Under the pieces are notes generated by a model. That model saw only the letters and a program-made list of their open reading frames with translations. It was not told the origin of the DNA and searched no databases. A DNA stretch of 62,198 nucleotides, counting the filler, from an uncultured Methanoregulaceae archaeon (GTDB lineage Archaea; Halobacteriota; Methanomicrobia; Methanomicrobiales; Methanospirillaceae): assembly GCA_964530035.1 (NCBI GenBank). It is 2 parts of 2 records of this genome, joined end to end, with 100 filler letters (N's around TTAATTAATTAA, not from the genome) between each part and the next. Parts side by side here need not be neighbours in the genome. Positions count along the whole stretch, not along the records: positions 1 to 31,403 come from CAZGXZ010000004.1; 1 more part is not named here. One strand, 5' to 3'. This document shows, piece by piece, positions 9,756 through 19,034 of this stretch. Position 1 is the first letter of the stretch. Every line of letters starts with the position of its first letter. The position numbers were made by a program, and so were the translations under genes.

Positions 9756-11288
9756 TCACACCCGTGAAAACGGTCCGAACTCTTCCGAAGTGAACCCGGA
9801 GACCTCTCCTGACCTGTCTCGTGTGAAGGTGACGAACCCGGCGAGGTCGTCAGGGTTCGGCCACGAGAGATACCAGGTCTCGCCCGTCCAGTGTGTCAGG
9901 TTTCCTGCGTACCGGCTGGGACCGAGATCAACCGTCAAGTTCCCGGCATCCGGTCCCTGGCTTACCTGGAGATTACCGTACAGTTCGCTCCGATAGGCCC
10001 CGGCCAGCTTTAAAGATTCTATCGTCGCCAGTTTGGCGTCCGGCGGCCTCGTGGGCGCCTTGACGAGCGAGTTCCACCCGGACTGTGAAGCTGTATCCCT
10101 GGCCTGGAGGTCGACCCCGCTCCTCCCGATGTACCGCTCCAGGAATTCGTCACGGACGGCTTCAGGGAACGCTGTCAACTGCTTGTTCGCGATCACCACG
10201 ATCCCGGTCTTCTTTCCCGGGACGAGCACGACCACCGACCGGACGCCGTCGAGGGCCCCGTTCTTTTCAATGACCCGTTCGCCGAGGAACTGGTACGAGT
10301 CGCAACCGAGGCCGGTGGCACCGTTCGGGTCATCCAGCGGACCGCTCTTTCCTGCGACCATGCTCGCCGCATGGATCTCCTTCACTGTTTCAGGTTTCAA
10401 AACCTGCTTTCTGTCAACAGAGCCGTTGTTCAGCATCAACCGCAGGTACTGCGTCATGTCCCTGCCGGTGGAGACGACCTGGCCGGCGGCCGGCATCGTG
10501 GCCTCTTCCAGGGGGATGGTGTGGATATCCGCCCCGGTCCCGGCGTGGCCGGAGATGTGGTTTTCGTCGAGGTTCAGGGTCTCCATCCGGGCCCCCGAGC
10601 GGGTCATGCCGAGGGGCTGGATAATCCGGGCGTCCGTCAGGTCCTCCCAGCTCCGGTTGTCCACCGCGGCCGCGGCCTCACCGGCGATGAAATACCCGGC
10701 ATTCGAGTAGAGGTACTTCTCCCTGAAGCTTGCTCCCGGCTCGAGGTACCGCATTCGGTGGAGGATCTCGTCATTGGAGTACCCGACCCTGCCGAGCAGT
10801 TCACCGTCAAACTTTTTCAGGCCTGAACGGTGGGCAAGGAGGTCGCGGATGGATGCATGGTCACCTGCATACGTGTCCTTTAGTATGAAACCCGGCAGGT
10901 ACCTGACGACCGGCTCGTCCCATTTTAGTTTCCCCTCGTCAACGAGCGTCCCGAGGGCCGCTCCGGTGATATACTTGGATACCGAGGCGACCTGGAACCG
11001 CGTGTCCGGATCGATCTTTTCCGGTCTTCCTATCTCCCTGACGCCGAACCCTTTCAGGTAGACGACGCTGTCATTCTCGACGATTCCGACAACGGCACCG
11101 GGCACGTTGTATTCCGCCATCTTCTGGGTGACAAAGGTATCGAGACCATCCAGTTTTCCGGTTTTCTGGTCCGTGCTGACGCAGCCTGCCAGGAATACCG
11201 TGCCGGCGACGATACCGACCGCGAGGACAAGAAGAGCATATCGCAGGGAGGGGGCTTCCATGGACGGGTGTTGGTGGCCGATATGCAT
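9756..11288 (-). CDS. Serine hydrolase lipoprotein, beta-lactamase class C/PBP-like with C-terminal DUF3471-like domain
   Basis: Lipobox FLAGC, SxxK (ASVSK), LLAHRSG, YSN (YLYSNAGY), PLGM, KNG triad, and C-terminal GAYRSELYG. Start may be ATG 11261. Confidence 0.92.
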   Translation of the reverse strand: MHIGHQHPSMEAPSLRYALLVLAVGIVAGTVFLAGCVSTDQKTGKLDGLDTFVTQKMAEYNVPGAVVGIVENDSVVYLKGFGVREIGRPEKIDPDTRFQVASVSKYITGAALGTLVDEGKLKWDEPVVRYLPGFILKDTYAGDHASIRDLLAHRSGLKKFDGELLGRVGYSNDEILHRMRYLEPGASFREKYLYSNAGYFIAGEAAAAVDNRSWEDLTDARIIQPLGMTRSGARMETLNLDENHISGHAGTGADIHTIPLEEATMPAAGQVVSTGRDMTQYLRLMLNNGSVDRKQVLKPETVKEIHAASMVAGKSGPLDDPNGATGLGCDSYQFLGERVIEKNGALDGVRSVVVLVPGKKTGIVVIANKQLTAFPEAVRDEFLERYIGRSGVDLQARDTASQSGWNSLVKAPTRPPDAKLATIESLKLAGAYRSELYGNLQVSQGPDAGNLTVDLGPSRYAGNLTHWTGETWYLSWPNPDDLAGFVTFTRDRSGEVSGFTSEEFGPFSRV

Positions 11289-11489
11289 AACCCTGTCCTT
11301 TTATCCCGCCACGATGGTGTGTCTGGACACGGCCCGGTGACAGGTCATGAGCCTCCCCTACCGGATGGCGGGATCTGGTGGGCAGGTACATAAAGCGGGT
11401 CAGGGAGAGAAGGGATGGAATCATGGCCCCGGTGTGGTCAGGGGTAGATTTTACAGGCCGGAACACCTCATTTTTAAGAAGCGTTCACT

Positions 11490-12047
11490 ATGAGCTCCTC
11501 CCCTGTTGGCATCACGGTTCTCCTTGTCACTGTTCTCCTGTTCATCACCGCAGGCTGCCTGCAGTCACCGTCTTTCAATGCCCGGGAGGCACCGGCCACG
11601 GCAACTCCAGCTCCCGGGCCTGTGGTCATCCCGAACGAGACCCTGGTCGCCTTTGTGGACAGTGCGGTCGCCTACGTGCACGAACAGGGGAAGGAAAGAG
11701 CCCTGCGGGAGTTCTCCGACCCGCACGGCCGGTTCGTCAGGGGCGAGCTCTACATCTTTGCCTACGACTTCAACGGCACGACCCTCGCCCACCCGGTGAA
11801 CCCCGAGAAGATCGGCATCAACCGCCTGAATGAAACGGAGGGGAACGTAGGTGTCTTCCTCTCGAACATGAGCGCCGTTGCCAGGAACGGCAGCGGGTTC
11901 TACCGGTTCAGCTACATCAACCCGGTCCGCAACCGGACGATGGAGTCGAAGCTCGGGTACGGGGTGAAGGTGGACGATACGTGGTGGCTCGGGTCAGGGG
12001 TCTACGCCGGACCGGTGGAGCAGATTCCTGCATCTCCCCGGGAGTGA
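11490..12047 (+). CDS. Stand-alone single Cache (sCache_2-like) domain lipoprotein
   Basis: Lipobox TAGC; FVDSAVAY..GKERALREF..GELYIFAYDFNGTTLAHP...KLGY...WWLGSGVY. Confidence 0.9.
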   Translation: MSSSPVGITVLLVTVLLFITAGCLQSPSFNAREAPATATPAPGPVVIPNETLVAFVDSAVAYVHEQGKERALREFSDPHGRFVRGELYIFAYDFNGTTLAHPVNPEKIGINRLNETEGNVGVFLSNMSAVARNGSGFYRFSYINPVRNRTMESKLGYGVKVDDTWWLGSGVYAGPVEQIPASPRE

Positions 12048-12152
12048 GAGTCGCCCGGCATGGCCGGCAAATGACTCCCTGGAGAACCTTCCGTCCGGGT
12101 TAGCAACACACTGGTTTGTCCCTGATCAATGCGTAGAGAAAAAGGGGTTGGT

Positions 12153-13373
12153 TCAGGGGAAGCTGACGATGTCGTTGTTCTCCATGAGTTTTCTGACCTG
12201 GGGTTCACGAACAGGGTCAGGTTCTACATACTGTCCGAAGTCAGACCACAGCCGGTTGAAATCATACCCGGGTGTCCCTAACTGTTGCGTGGCCCGGGTC
12301 ACGTTGACCGTACCGGTCCGGGTAAATGACCGGTACACGTGGGGATAGCCCTCGGCCCCGAGGAACGAGGCGTTGCCGGTGACCACCTGGAAGTGCAGGT
12401 GCGGGATGTCGGAGTTCCCGCTGTTGCCCATGAGACCGATGACCTGCCCTTCCTTCACGGTATCGCCAGCCTTCACTTTAACCGAGCCGTTCACCATGTG
12501 GGCGTAGCAGGCATACTTGCCGTCCCCGATGTCTATGATGGCATGGTTGCCGGGCAGGGTCGAGACGTCACCCGGCGGGGCCGAGTAAATGGTTTCGATA
12601 TCAGGCAGCCCGTCTCCGGCCTCGAGGACGGTGCCGTCAGCGACCGCGTGGATCTCCTTCCCAAACCCGTAATAATTCCTGGCGAGTGTCGCATTCCCTT
12701 CTGCGGCATAGCCGGTCGCCGGGTCGAGGTACACCCAGTCCTGCGCGAACCTCTGCGGCACCCGGGTCACCCCGTTCAGGGTGATCTGGGCCTGGAAGTG
12801 GTGAGTAAACGGCGACGTGGTCTCCATCGCAAGCCACCCGGGACCCTCGAACGGGGGACCGACGACCACCGGTGCAAGGTCCTTCCGGACCACGACCTCT
12901 CCACCAGGAACAGTGACCGGGGGCAGGCCCTCGGCGGTCCGGTTGAACCTTATCCGGTGGGTGAGCCGGTCCGGGACCTTGTCCGGGCTGACCACGAGCC
13001 AGACGGAGACCCTGGGGACCGGGACTTTCCCTGTTCCGTTCCGGAGCTCATCGGGTGTTGGCGGCGGGATAGCAGCGGGGTGGAACAGGGCTGCGAGAAG
13101 TTCGCCATCGAGCGTTTCGATGACCGTTCCCGCGGCCGCGTCAAGGACCTCCACGGTTTCCGGGACGGGTTGCTGGCCCGGGGCGGGTACGAGTTCCAGC
13201 TCGTACGCGAGGTTCATCCCTTGTTCACTCGCGACAGGTACCGGTGCAAACGGCACGGTGATGTTCAGGACGGGCGCTGCCGCCTGGGCTTTTTCAGGCG
13301 GCTGGGTGCATCCGGCTGAGAGGAGCAGGACAACGACTACCAGGATAACAGGGAGCGTGAGGGTCGCTTTCAT
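12153..13373 (-). CDS. M23 family metallopeptidase lipoprotein
   Basis: Lipobox SAGC after MKATLT (ATG 13373); IHAVADGTV, GNHAII, YAHM, VKEGQVIGLMGNSGNSDIPHLHFQ. Confidence 0.92.
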   Translation of the reverse strand: MKATLTLPVILVVVVLLLSAGCTQPPEKAQAAAPVLNITVPFAPVPVASEQGMNLAYELELVPAPGQQPVPETVEVLDAAAGTVIETLDGELLAALFHPAAIPPPTPDELRNGTGKVPVPRVSVWLVVSPDKVPDRLTHRIRFNRTAEGLPPVTVPGGEVVVRKDLAPVVVGPPFEGPGWLAMETTSPFTHHFQAQITLNGVTRVPQRFAQDWVYLDPATGYAAEGNATLARNYYGFGKEIHAVADGTVLEAGDGLPDIETIYSAPPGDVSTLPGNHAIIDIGDGKYACYAHMVNGSVKVKAGDTVKEGQVIGLMGNSGNSDIPHLHFQVVTGNASFLGAEGYPHVYRSFTRTGTVNVTRATQQLGTPGYDFNRLWSDFGQYVEPDPVREPQVRKLMENNDIVSFP

Positions 13374-13467
13374 GGGAATGATCTCAGAATCTCTGGCCGG
13401 TACCAGATAAAGGGATTCAATCGCACACCCCTTACGCAGTCCCGGGTTACCAACCCCCTGAATGCCA

Positions 13468-14052
13468 TCATTCTCCCGGGAGCAGGACCTCCTCAAGCGA
13501 CCGTTTCGGGACATGGTGGACACCGGATCCGTCTCTCCAGTACGTGGTGTTCCCGTCCGGCCCGACCGGTTCCAGGACGACCTCTTCTGCCGGGTACCCG
13601 AAGGCCAGCACGAGATGTATATCGTACCGGTCGGGGAGGTGGAGTACCGAACGGAGCCGTTCCTTCTGGATCGAGCCGAACATGCACCCCCCGATGCCCT
13701 GTTCGGCGGCTGCGAGCATCATGGTCTGGGCTGCTATACCGATGTCATAGGCCGTGAACGGGGTGCATTTCTCCTCCGTCACGATGGTTATATACGCTAC
13801 AGGCTGTTCTCCCTCGACGGGCCCTCCCCAGGCCGGGAGGTCGAGGGCGAAGGAGAGGTAGGACCTGATCTTGGCTGTCTTCTCCGGGGAGGTCGTGACG
13901 ATGTACCGGAGCGGCTGCCGGTTCCGGGAACAGGGGCAGAACCGGGCGGTATCGACGAGCCCAGTGAGCGTTTCCCGTGCGATGCGTCGGTCTTCATGAA
14001 AACGGCGGTAACTCCGGCTTTTCTTTACGAGGTCGCGGATGCAGTGTCCCAT
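13468..14052 (-). CDS. Nitroreductase family protein
   Basis: SRSYRRF, PCSRNRQP, DIGIAAQTMMLAAAEQGIGGC, FGYP and PKRSLEE motifs. Start at 14052 or 14058. Confidence 0.95.
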   Translation of the reverse strand: MGHCIRDLVKKSRSYRRFHEDRRIARETLTGLVDTARFCPCSRNRQPLRYIVTTSPEKTAKIRSYLSFALDLPAWGGPVEGEQPVAYITIVTEEKCTPFTAYDIGIAAQTMMLAAAEQGIGGCMFGSIQKERLRSVLHLPDRYDIHLVLAFGYPAEEVVLEPVGPDGNTTYWRDGSGVHHVPKRSLEEVLLPGE

Positions 14053-14370
14053 GCCCATCTTCGTTGGGGGAGCGGGTAATAAGGCTTCGGGGTTGTCCGC
14101 AACGGACCTTCGTGGTGAAGAGGCGGCAGGACCTGGTTTTACCCGGGAATTTCATACCCGGGCTTGTGAGAAGATTTCGTGATAACGCCGGGAGACCTGA
14201 TCAGGGAAAACCGTCACCGATGGGACCGAATGTACCAGGGCCTCTCCACTTCCCTGCTATCCTCCCTCGCCCATGAACCGCTCCGGTCTACCACGGAGCC
14301 GTAGTGAATTACAAACCAAAACCTTATTTGCCCTTTCCCACCCATGGGCTCGTGATACTGGAGAGTATTC

Positions 14371-15363
14371 ATGGACATATCACGGGTATCACACTACTCC
14401 GGAGTGCTCCTTATCGCACTCATCTGCTCCTGCCTGGTGGCAGGACCGGCCCTGGCCGCCGCCGTACAGGCCACACCAACCAAAACCACCACGGGCAATG
14501 CCGTCTTCGTCACCACGCCCTCCAAGGCGACCGTTTTCATTGACGGAAACCTGTCTGGCACGACGAAACTCACGGTCAAGGGCCTTTCAACAGGGAAGCA
14601 CACCTACCTCCTCCACAAGATGGGATACAAGAACATGACCGGGGTCTTCGTGATCTCAGCCGGCAAGACGACCACGGTCACGAAGACGCTCCAGGAGAAC
14701 AAGATCCCGATCGAGAACCCGGTGATGTGTAACCAGCCGTATGCCCTCTGTGACACCTCGGCCTGCACTCCGCTCCCGAACGACCCGAGCAAGGTGAACT
14801 GTACGTGCTCCATCGAGAACGGGGTCTCCTCGGGCCTGGGCTCGTGCAAGGACAGGAAGACCGTGAACCTCTACAACTCGAGCTCGACCGGCCTGATGAT
14901 CCGTGGCGGTGCCATGTTCGGCCAGATCACCTCGACCTATTCGTTCCTGCATGCACTCCCCCTGCCGGAGAACAAGATCCCGAACCGGAAGATTGACCCG
15001 AACTACACGGGAAACATCATCCTCAAGTACTGCAAGGCCCCGCAGTGGGCGGACTGCCTTGACATGAAGTGCATCGTGCCTGCAGCTGACCCCAAGGCCG
15101 ATGTCAAGCAGAACCGTAAGGCGGCTGACTATGCCATCTGCGAGTGTACCACGGTGAACGACGACCCGGAGTTCTACATCGCCTCGGCGGAAGGAGCTGA
15201 TATATGTTCCGACCCGGACATCTGCACGAAGTACATCTGGTCGGCGGGGGACAAGGACCTCATGAAGGCCGGCATCAAGGCGCTCAAGGCCTACCTCGCG
15301 GCCCACCCGAAGGAGGACCCGGCCCAGCAGTACGCCATGGCGATCTGCGAGACGGACAGTTAA
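14371..15363 (+). CDS. Secreted PEGA-domain protein with uncharacterised Cys-rich C-terminal domain
   Basis: Signal peptide, PEGA (TTPSKATVFIDG..GTT..GKHT..KMGY), then CNQPYALCDTSAC...CTC...WADCLDMKC...CEC...C..IWSAG. Confidence 0.85.
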   Translation: MDISRVSHYSGVLLIALICSCLVAGPALAAAVQATPTKTTTGNAVFVTTPSKATVFIDGNLSGTTKLTVKGLSTGKHTYLLHKMGYKNMTGVFVISAGKTTTVTKTLQENKIPIENPVMCNQPYALCDTSACTPLPNDPSKVNCTCSIENGVSSGLGSCKDRKTVNLYNSSSTGLMIRGGAMFGQITSTYSFLHALPLPENKIPNRKIDPNYTGNIILKYCKAPQWADCLDMKCIVPAADPKADVKQNRKAADYAICECTTVNDDPEFYIASAEGADICSDPDICTKYIWSAGDKDLMKAGIKALKAYLAAHPKEDPAQQYAMAICETDS

Positions 15364-15376
15364 AGATCGTTCGGGC

Positions 15377-15411
15377 TCCTCCTCTCAGGGCTGAGGGGAG
15401 GAACTTTTTTT
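15377..15411 (+). terminator. Hairpin plus oligo-T terminator after the PEGA gene
   Basis: TCCTCCTCTCA-GGGC-TGAGGGGAGGA stem (one G:T pair), followed by AC and T7, 13 nt after the stop. Confidence 0.7.
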
Positions 15412-15630
15412 CCATTTTTGAAGCAAGCAGGGAGGTTTTTTTAGTTGCCGCCCATGGCGGTACCAGTGGATTTTTAAGTTAGAGGACATCGTTTTGATAC
15501 ATGTTTTCGTGTCAGAAAGGAACCGTCCTGGAGAACATGCAAGGATTTCCTATTTAACCCTGACGAACTACCCCGCCTGACACAACGTATTTATGCTAAA
15601 GCAGCTCTAAATGCAGTTGACAGTATCAAA

Positions 15631-16599
15631 ATGGTTAAAAAAATTCTTTTAACTGTTTTTATTTTTGCATTATGCGCAATTCTTCTCCTTTTTGGGTTAA
15701 GTTACCCGAGTTTCAGTCATGAAATGGATTTGGCAAAAGAACGGTTATCAACAAGTGAAATTCAAAAAACACCACATGGCGATATTGAGTACGCTGTACA
15801 GGGAGAAGGTACCCCGGTTCTGCTGTTGCACGGTGCAGGTGGTGGATTTGATTTTGGTTTCTGGACCGGCAAAGTGTTTTTTAAAACGAACTATACAATT
15901 ATCTCTGTATCACGATACGGTTATCTTCGTTCGCCAATTCCCGAGGATGCATCAATTCAAAATCAGGCCGCCCTGTATAATGCTCTTTTGGACCACCTGA
16001 ACATAACAAAAGTTATCGTTGTCGGTGCTTCCGCAGGAGGTCCTTCAGCTATTCAGTTTGCGAACGATTATCCTGAGAAATGTTCAGCACTGATATTAAT
16101 CTCTGCAGTAAGTGGGCCTGAACCTCAGGGGAGCAAAGAACCTGTTTATATCACCGTAATCCATCTGATACAGCAGTCAGATTATGCCTACTGGCTTTTT
16201 TCCAGATTCGGGCAATCCACGATCCTTGATTTAATGGGTATTCCCAAAGACGTGTATAACAATTTTACCCCGGAACAAAAGCAATATGCACAAGAAATGC
16301 TGGATGTGATGCACCCAATGACCCCAAGGTATGAAGGGACGATGAACGATGCAGAGATGCTTCTTGTTGATACGATTTCTACAGGCAATCTCACTGCACC
16401 GACGTTAATAATCCATGCTAAAGATGACGCACTGGTGAATTATACTCATGCACTCCATTCTCATGAAATGATAAAGCAATCAAAATTAGTATTATTTGAC
16501 ACTGGGGGACATGCGATGTTGTCCCAGGTAGATCATGTCAGAGTGACTACAGGACAATTTCTCAATATATCCGATAAGGAACATGGTTTTACTGCATAG
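15631..16599 (+). CDS. Membrane-anchored alpha/beta hydrolase
   Basis: N-terminal TM, LHGAGGG, GASAGG nucleophile elbow, IHAKDD acid, GGH His. Visibly AT-rich relative to its neighbours. Confidence 0.93.
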   Translation: MVKKILLTVFIFALCAILLLFGLSYPSFSHEMDLAKERLSTSEIQKTPHGDIEYAVQGEGTPVLLLHGAGGGFDFGFWTGKVFFKTNYTIISVSRYGYLRSPIPEDASIQNQAALYNALLDHLNITKVIVVGASAGGPSAIQFANDYPEKCSALILISAVSGPEPQGSKEPVYITVIHLIQQSDYAYWLFSRFGQSTILDLMGIPKDVYNNFTPEQKQYAQEMLDVMHPMTPRYEGTMNDAEMLLVDTISTGNLTAPTLIIHAKDDALVNYTHALHSHEMIKQSKLVLFDTGGHAMLSQVDHVRVTTGQFLNISDKEHGFTA

Positions 16600-16914
16600 A
16601 AACCCTGTTGAAACCCACATGAACAGGAATTCATACCAGAACCATGAAAATCGCCTTTTTAAAAATCATTATTATAGGCTCTTTTTGGCATTTTCATAGG
16701 AAATCCTCGTTATGTGATGACCGCTGGAGCAACGGGATCATAATCAGGGCGACAACGCTTCGCTGCAGGTGGCCCAGGTATTGAAAACCGGGCTGTGGGT
16801 ATGTCTATGGAAACGTGGCCTGCGGGCTGCAGGAATAATCACGCAAGAATTGGTTGGTGAATAAAAACACGACTGCCCTGGCCAGATATCCCTCCTTATG
16901 AAAAATGGGAGGTT

Positions 16915-17382
16915 CTATGGACTGACCCCGAGTGCTGTCGTGATCTCGGCCAGGGCCGTCCTCTCCGGGTCACTGACCGCATTCCCGTCCTCTTTCGAGG
17001 CCTCGGCAACTTTCTGGCCTATGGCAAGGACCCATTTCTTGTAAGCGACGGCTTCTTCAGGGGTGACCTTGCCAAGGGCGACAGCTGCAGACTGGCAGCT
17101 GCTGATGGTCTTCGTCCGATACCCGGCCTGGTCCTTTTTCCAGAGCTGCTGCTGCTCATTCACCAGGTCCTTGACCTTTGACTGGCCCTCTGCAACGACC
17201 AGCCCCACAAGCCCGCTGCCGCTTGCGACTGCCAGGTTTGCCGGTTCCTGCATCATGGTCTTTGTTTCACCCCAGAACCCCATGATATTCGGGGCCGCAA
17301 CGATGACCGTCATCGAGACGGCGTAGGGGAGACCCACCAGGTTTTTCCATTCATCTTCGGTAAAAGCTTCTTTCAATCCCAT
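16915..17382 (-). CDS. Conserved-type hypothetical helical protein
   Basis: FTEDEW..L..LP...PEEAVAYKKWVLAIGQKVAEASKE...VSDPE..AL pattern and a clean ORF. Confidence 0.75.
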   Translation of the reverse strand: MGLKEAFTEDEWKNLVGLPYAVSMTVIVAAPNIMGFWGETKTMMQEPANLAVASGSGLVGLVVAEGQSKVKDLVNEQQQLWKKDQAGYRTKTISSCQSAAVALGKVTPEEAVAYKKWVLAIGQKVAEASKEDGNAVSDPERTALAEITTALGVSP

Positions 17383-17451
17383 ATCGTCATACTGGAGAAC
17401 GAGGGAAAAAAAGGTTTTGCAACAGGTGGACTCCTGCCTGGTCCGTCCAGG

Positions 17452-17694
17452 TCAATTGAGCGGTTGATCTGGAAAAAGGGGGAACTCTTCCCCGTCCGGT
17501 AGAACCAGGATAAAACACTCAGATCCCGATCTTCCGAAGGGAAGTTCTCTTTCCGGCATCAAATAATCCAAGCAGGCAAAGGGCTGGAAGCGTATTCTCA
17601 CTCTGTGTACTCCCGGGAAAACAGTGGTCACACTGCACCTCATCAGGCCCGGCAGGGTTTGCCAGGCCCCTAAAATGGGATATTTCTCCTTCAT
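17452..17694 (-). CDS. Possible small hypothetical protein
   Basis: 80-aa ORF filling an intergenic gap; no recognisable motif. Confidence 0.3.
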   Translation of the reverse strand: MKEKYPILGAWQTLPGLMRCSVTTVFPGVHRVRIRFQPFACLDYLMPERELPFGRSGSECFILVLPDGEEFPLFPDQPLN

Positions 17695-17838
17695 TCATCA
17701 CGATCTCAAGCTTTATAGGGTACAAACGAAGACGGGCATCAGAAGGCAGAGCAACCCGGGTATGAGGAGAACTCTTCCTCGTCCCTGATGCCATTCTCCC
17801 CTCCCCAAACCTCCCTCCCCACGAGGAGATCCACTTCC

Positions 17839-18807
17839 ATGACAACCGGGATCATATACAGCCCCGAATGCCTGGCGTACACGGCGCCACCGGACATTCC
17901 TGACCGCGTCCTGAAGACCGTGGAGTACTTCCAGTCCCAGGGGATTGACGGGTTCATCACTCCCCGGGAATATGACGAGAAGTACATCCGGGCCGTTCAC
18001 ACTGCCGAGTACGTGAACAGGGTCGGGACAGTGTGCAAGGTTATGGCGACCGGGCTTGAATGTACCCACATCCGGTTGTCGGTGGATTCCTGCCTGACGG
18101 CCGGCGAGCTCATGGCGGAAGGGGAGATCGACAACGCGTTCGTCCTCTGCCGGCCGCCGGGCCACCACTCATACGCCGATGCGGGCGGCGGGTTCTGCTA
18201 CTTCAACAACGCCGCGGTCCTTGCCCGGTACCTCCAGAAACAGGGTTTTAACAGGATTATGATCGTCGACTGGGACGCCCACCACGGAAATGGTACCGAA
18301 GCGATCTTCTACGAGGACCCGTCCGTACTGTACGCCTCCATCCACCAGTACCCCCTCTATCCCGGCACCGGGGAGATGACCGATACCGGGGCCGGACCTG
18401 GGGAAGGGTACACCATCAATATCCCGGTACCTTCCGGGACGGGTCATGATACCTACATGACCATCTTCCGTGAGGTCCTGGTCCCGGTTGGAAAATCATT
18501 CCGCCCCGACGCCATTATCATATCTGCAGGCCAGGACAGCCAGAGGGACGACCCCCTCGCCCAGCTGCGGCTCTGCCCGGTCAGCTACCACCTCATGACC
18601 GAACGACTTGTCAACGACGTCTGCCCGAGGACCATAGCCGTCCTCGAAGGGGGCTATCAGCCTGATAACAACGCCCTGGCCCATCATGCGATCGTTTCCG
18701 CCCTCATGGGGAAGACGAATTATGATGCCCCCGAGTTTAACGTCGAGCCGGATTTTGCCCGGACATCCGTACGACAGGCAAAGGACATTATAGGAGAGTA
18801 CTGGTAG
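17839..18807 (+). CDS. Histone deacetylase/acetylpolyamine amidohydrolase family protein
   Basis: RPPGHH, GGFCYFNN, DWDAHHGNGT, SIHQ, YPGTG, SAGQD, DPL and LEGGY motifs. Start at MTTGIIY. Confidence 0.95.
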   Translation: MTTGIIYSPECLAYTAPPDIPDRVLKTVEYFQSQGIDGFITPREYDEKYIRAVHTAEYVNRVGTVCKVMATGLECTHIRLSVDSCLTAGELMAEGEIDNAFVLCRPPGHHSYADAGGGFCYFNNAAVLARYLQKQGFNRIMIVDWDAHHGNGTEAIFYEDPSVLYASIHQYPLYPGTGEMTDTGAGPGEGYTINIPVPSGTGHDTYMTIFREVLVPVGKSFRPDAIIISAGQDSQRDDPLAQLRLCPVSYHLMTERLVNDVCPRTIAVLEGGYQPDNNALAHHAIVSALMGKTNYDAPEFNVEPDFARTSVRQAKDIIGEYW

Positions 18808-19034
18808 TATACAGTTCCTCCTTCCCGTCCAACCGGGAATGATATGGCCACCCCGGGAGATGTACTCGTTTCCTGGGCGCATGGACAAACCGGGCAGTTG
18901 TTGAAATACCTGGATAACTGGTCCGGGCAGGAAAAAACCTGGATACAAGAGTGTCGGGATGACAAGAAAATGAACATCCGGAAGATTATTTCCCATCTTC
19001 CGACAATCTTCCTTTCAAGATTGGTGTTCCGCGT

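Noticed and set aside
17839..18807. HDAC as a eukaryote-like chromatin novelty
   Set aside because: This family is widespread in archaea and bacteria, and nothing in the context is unusual.
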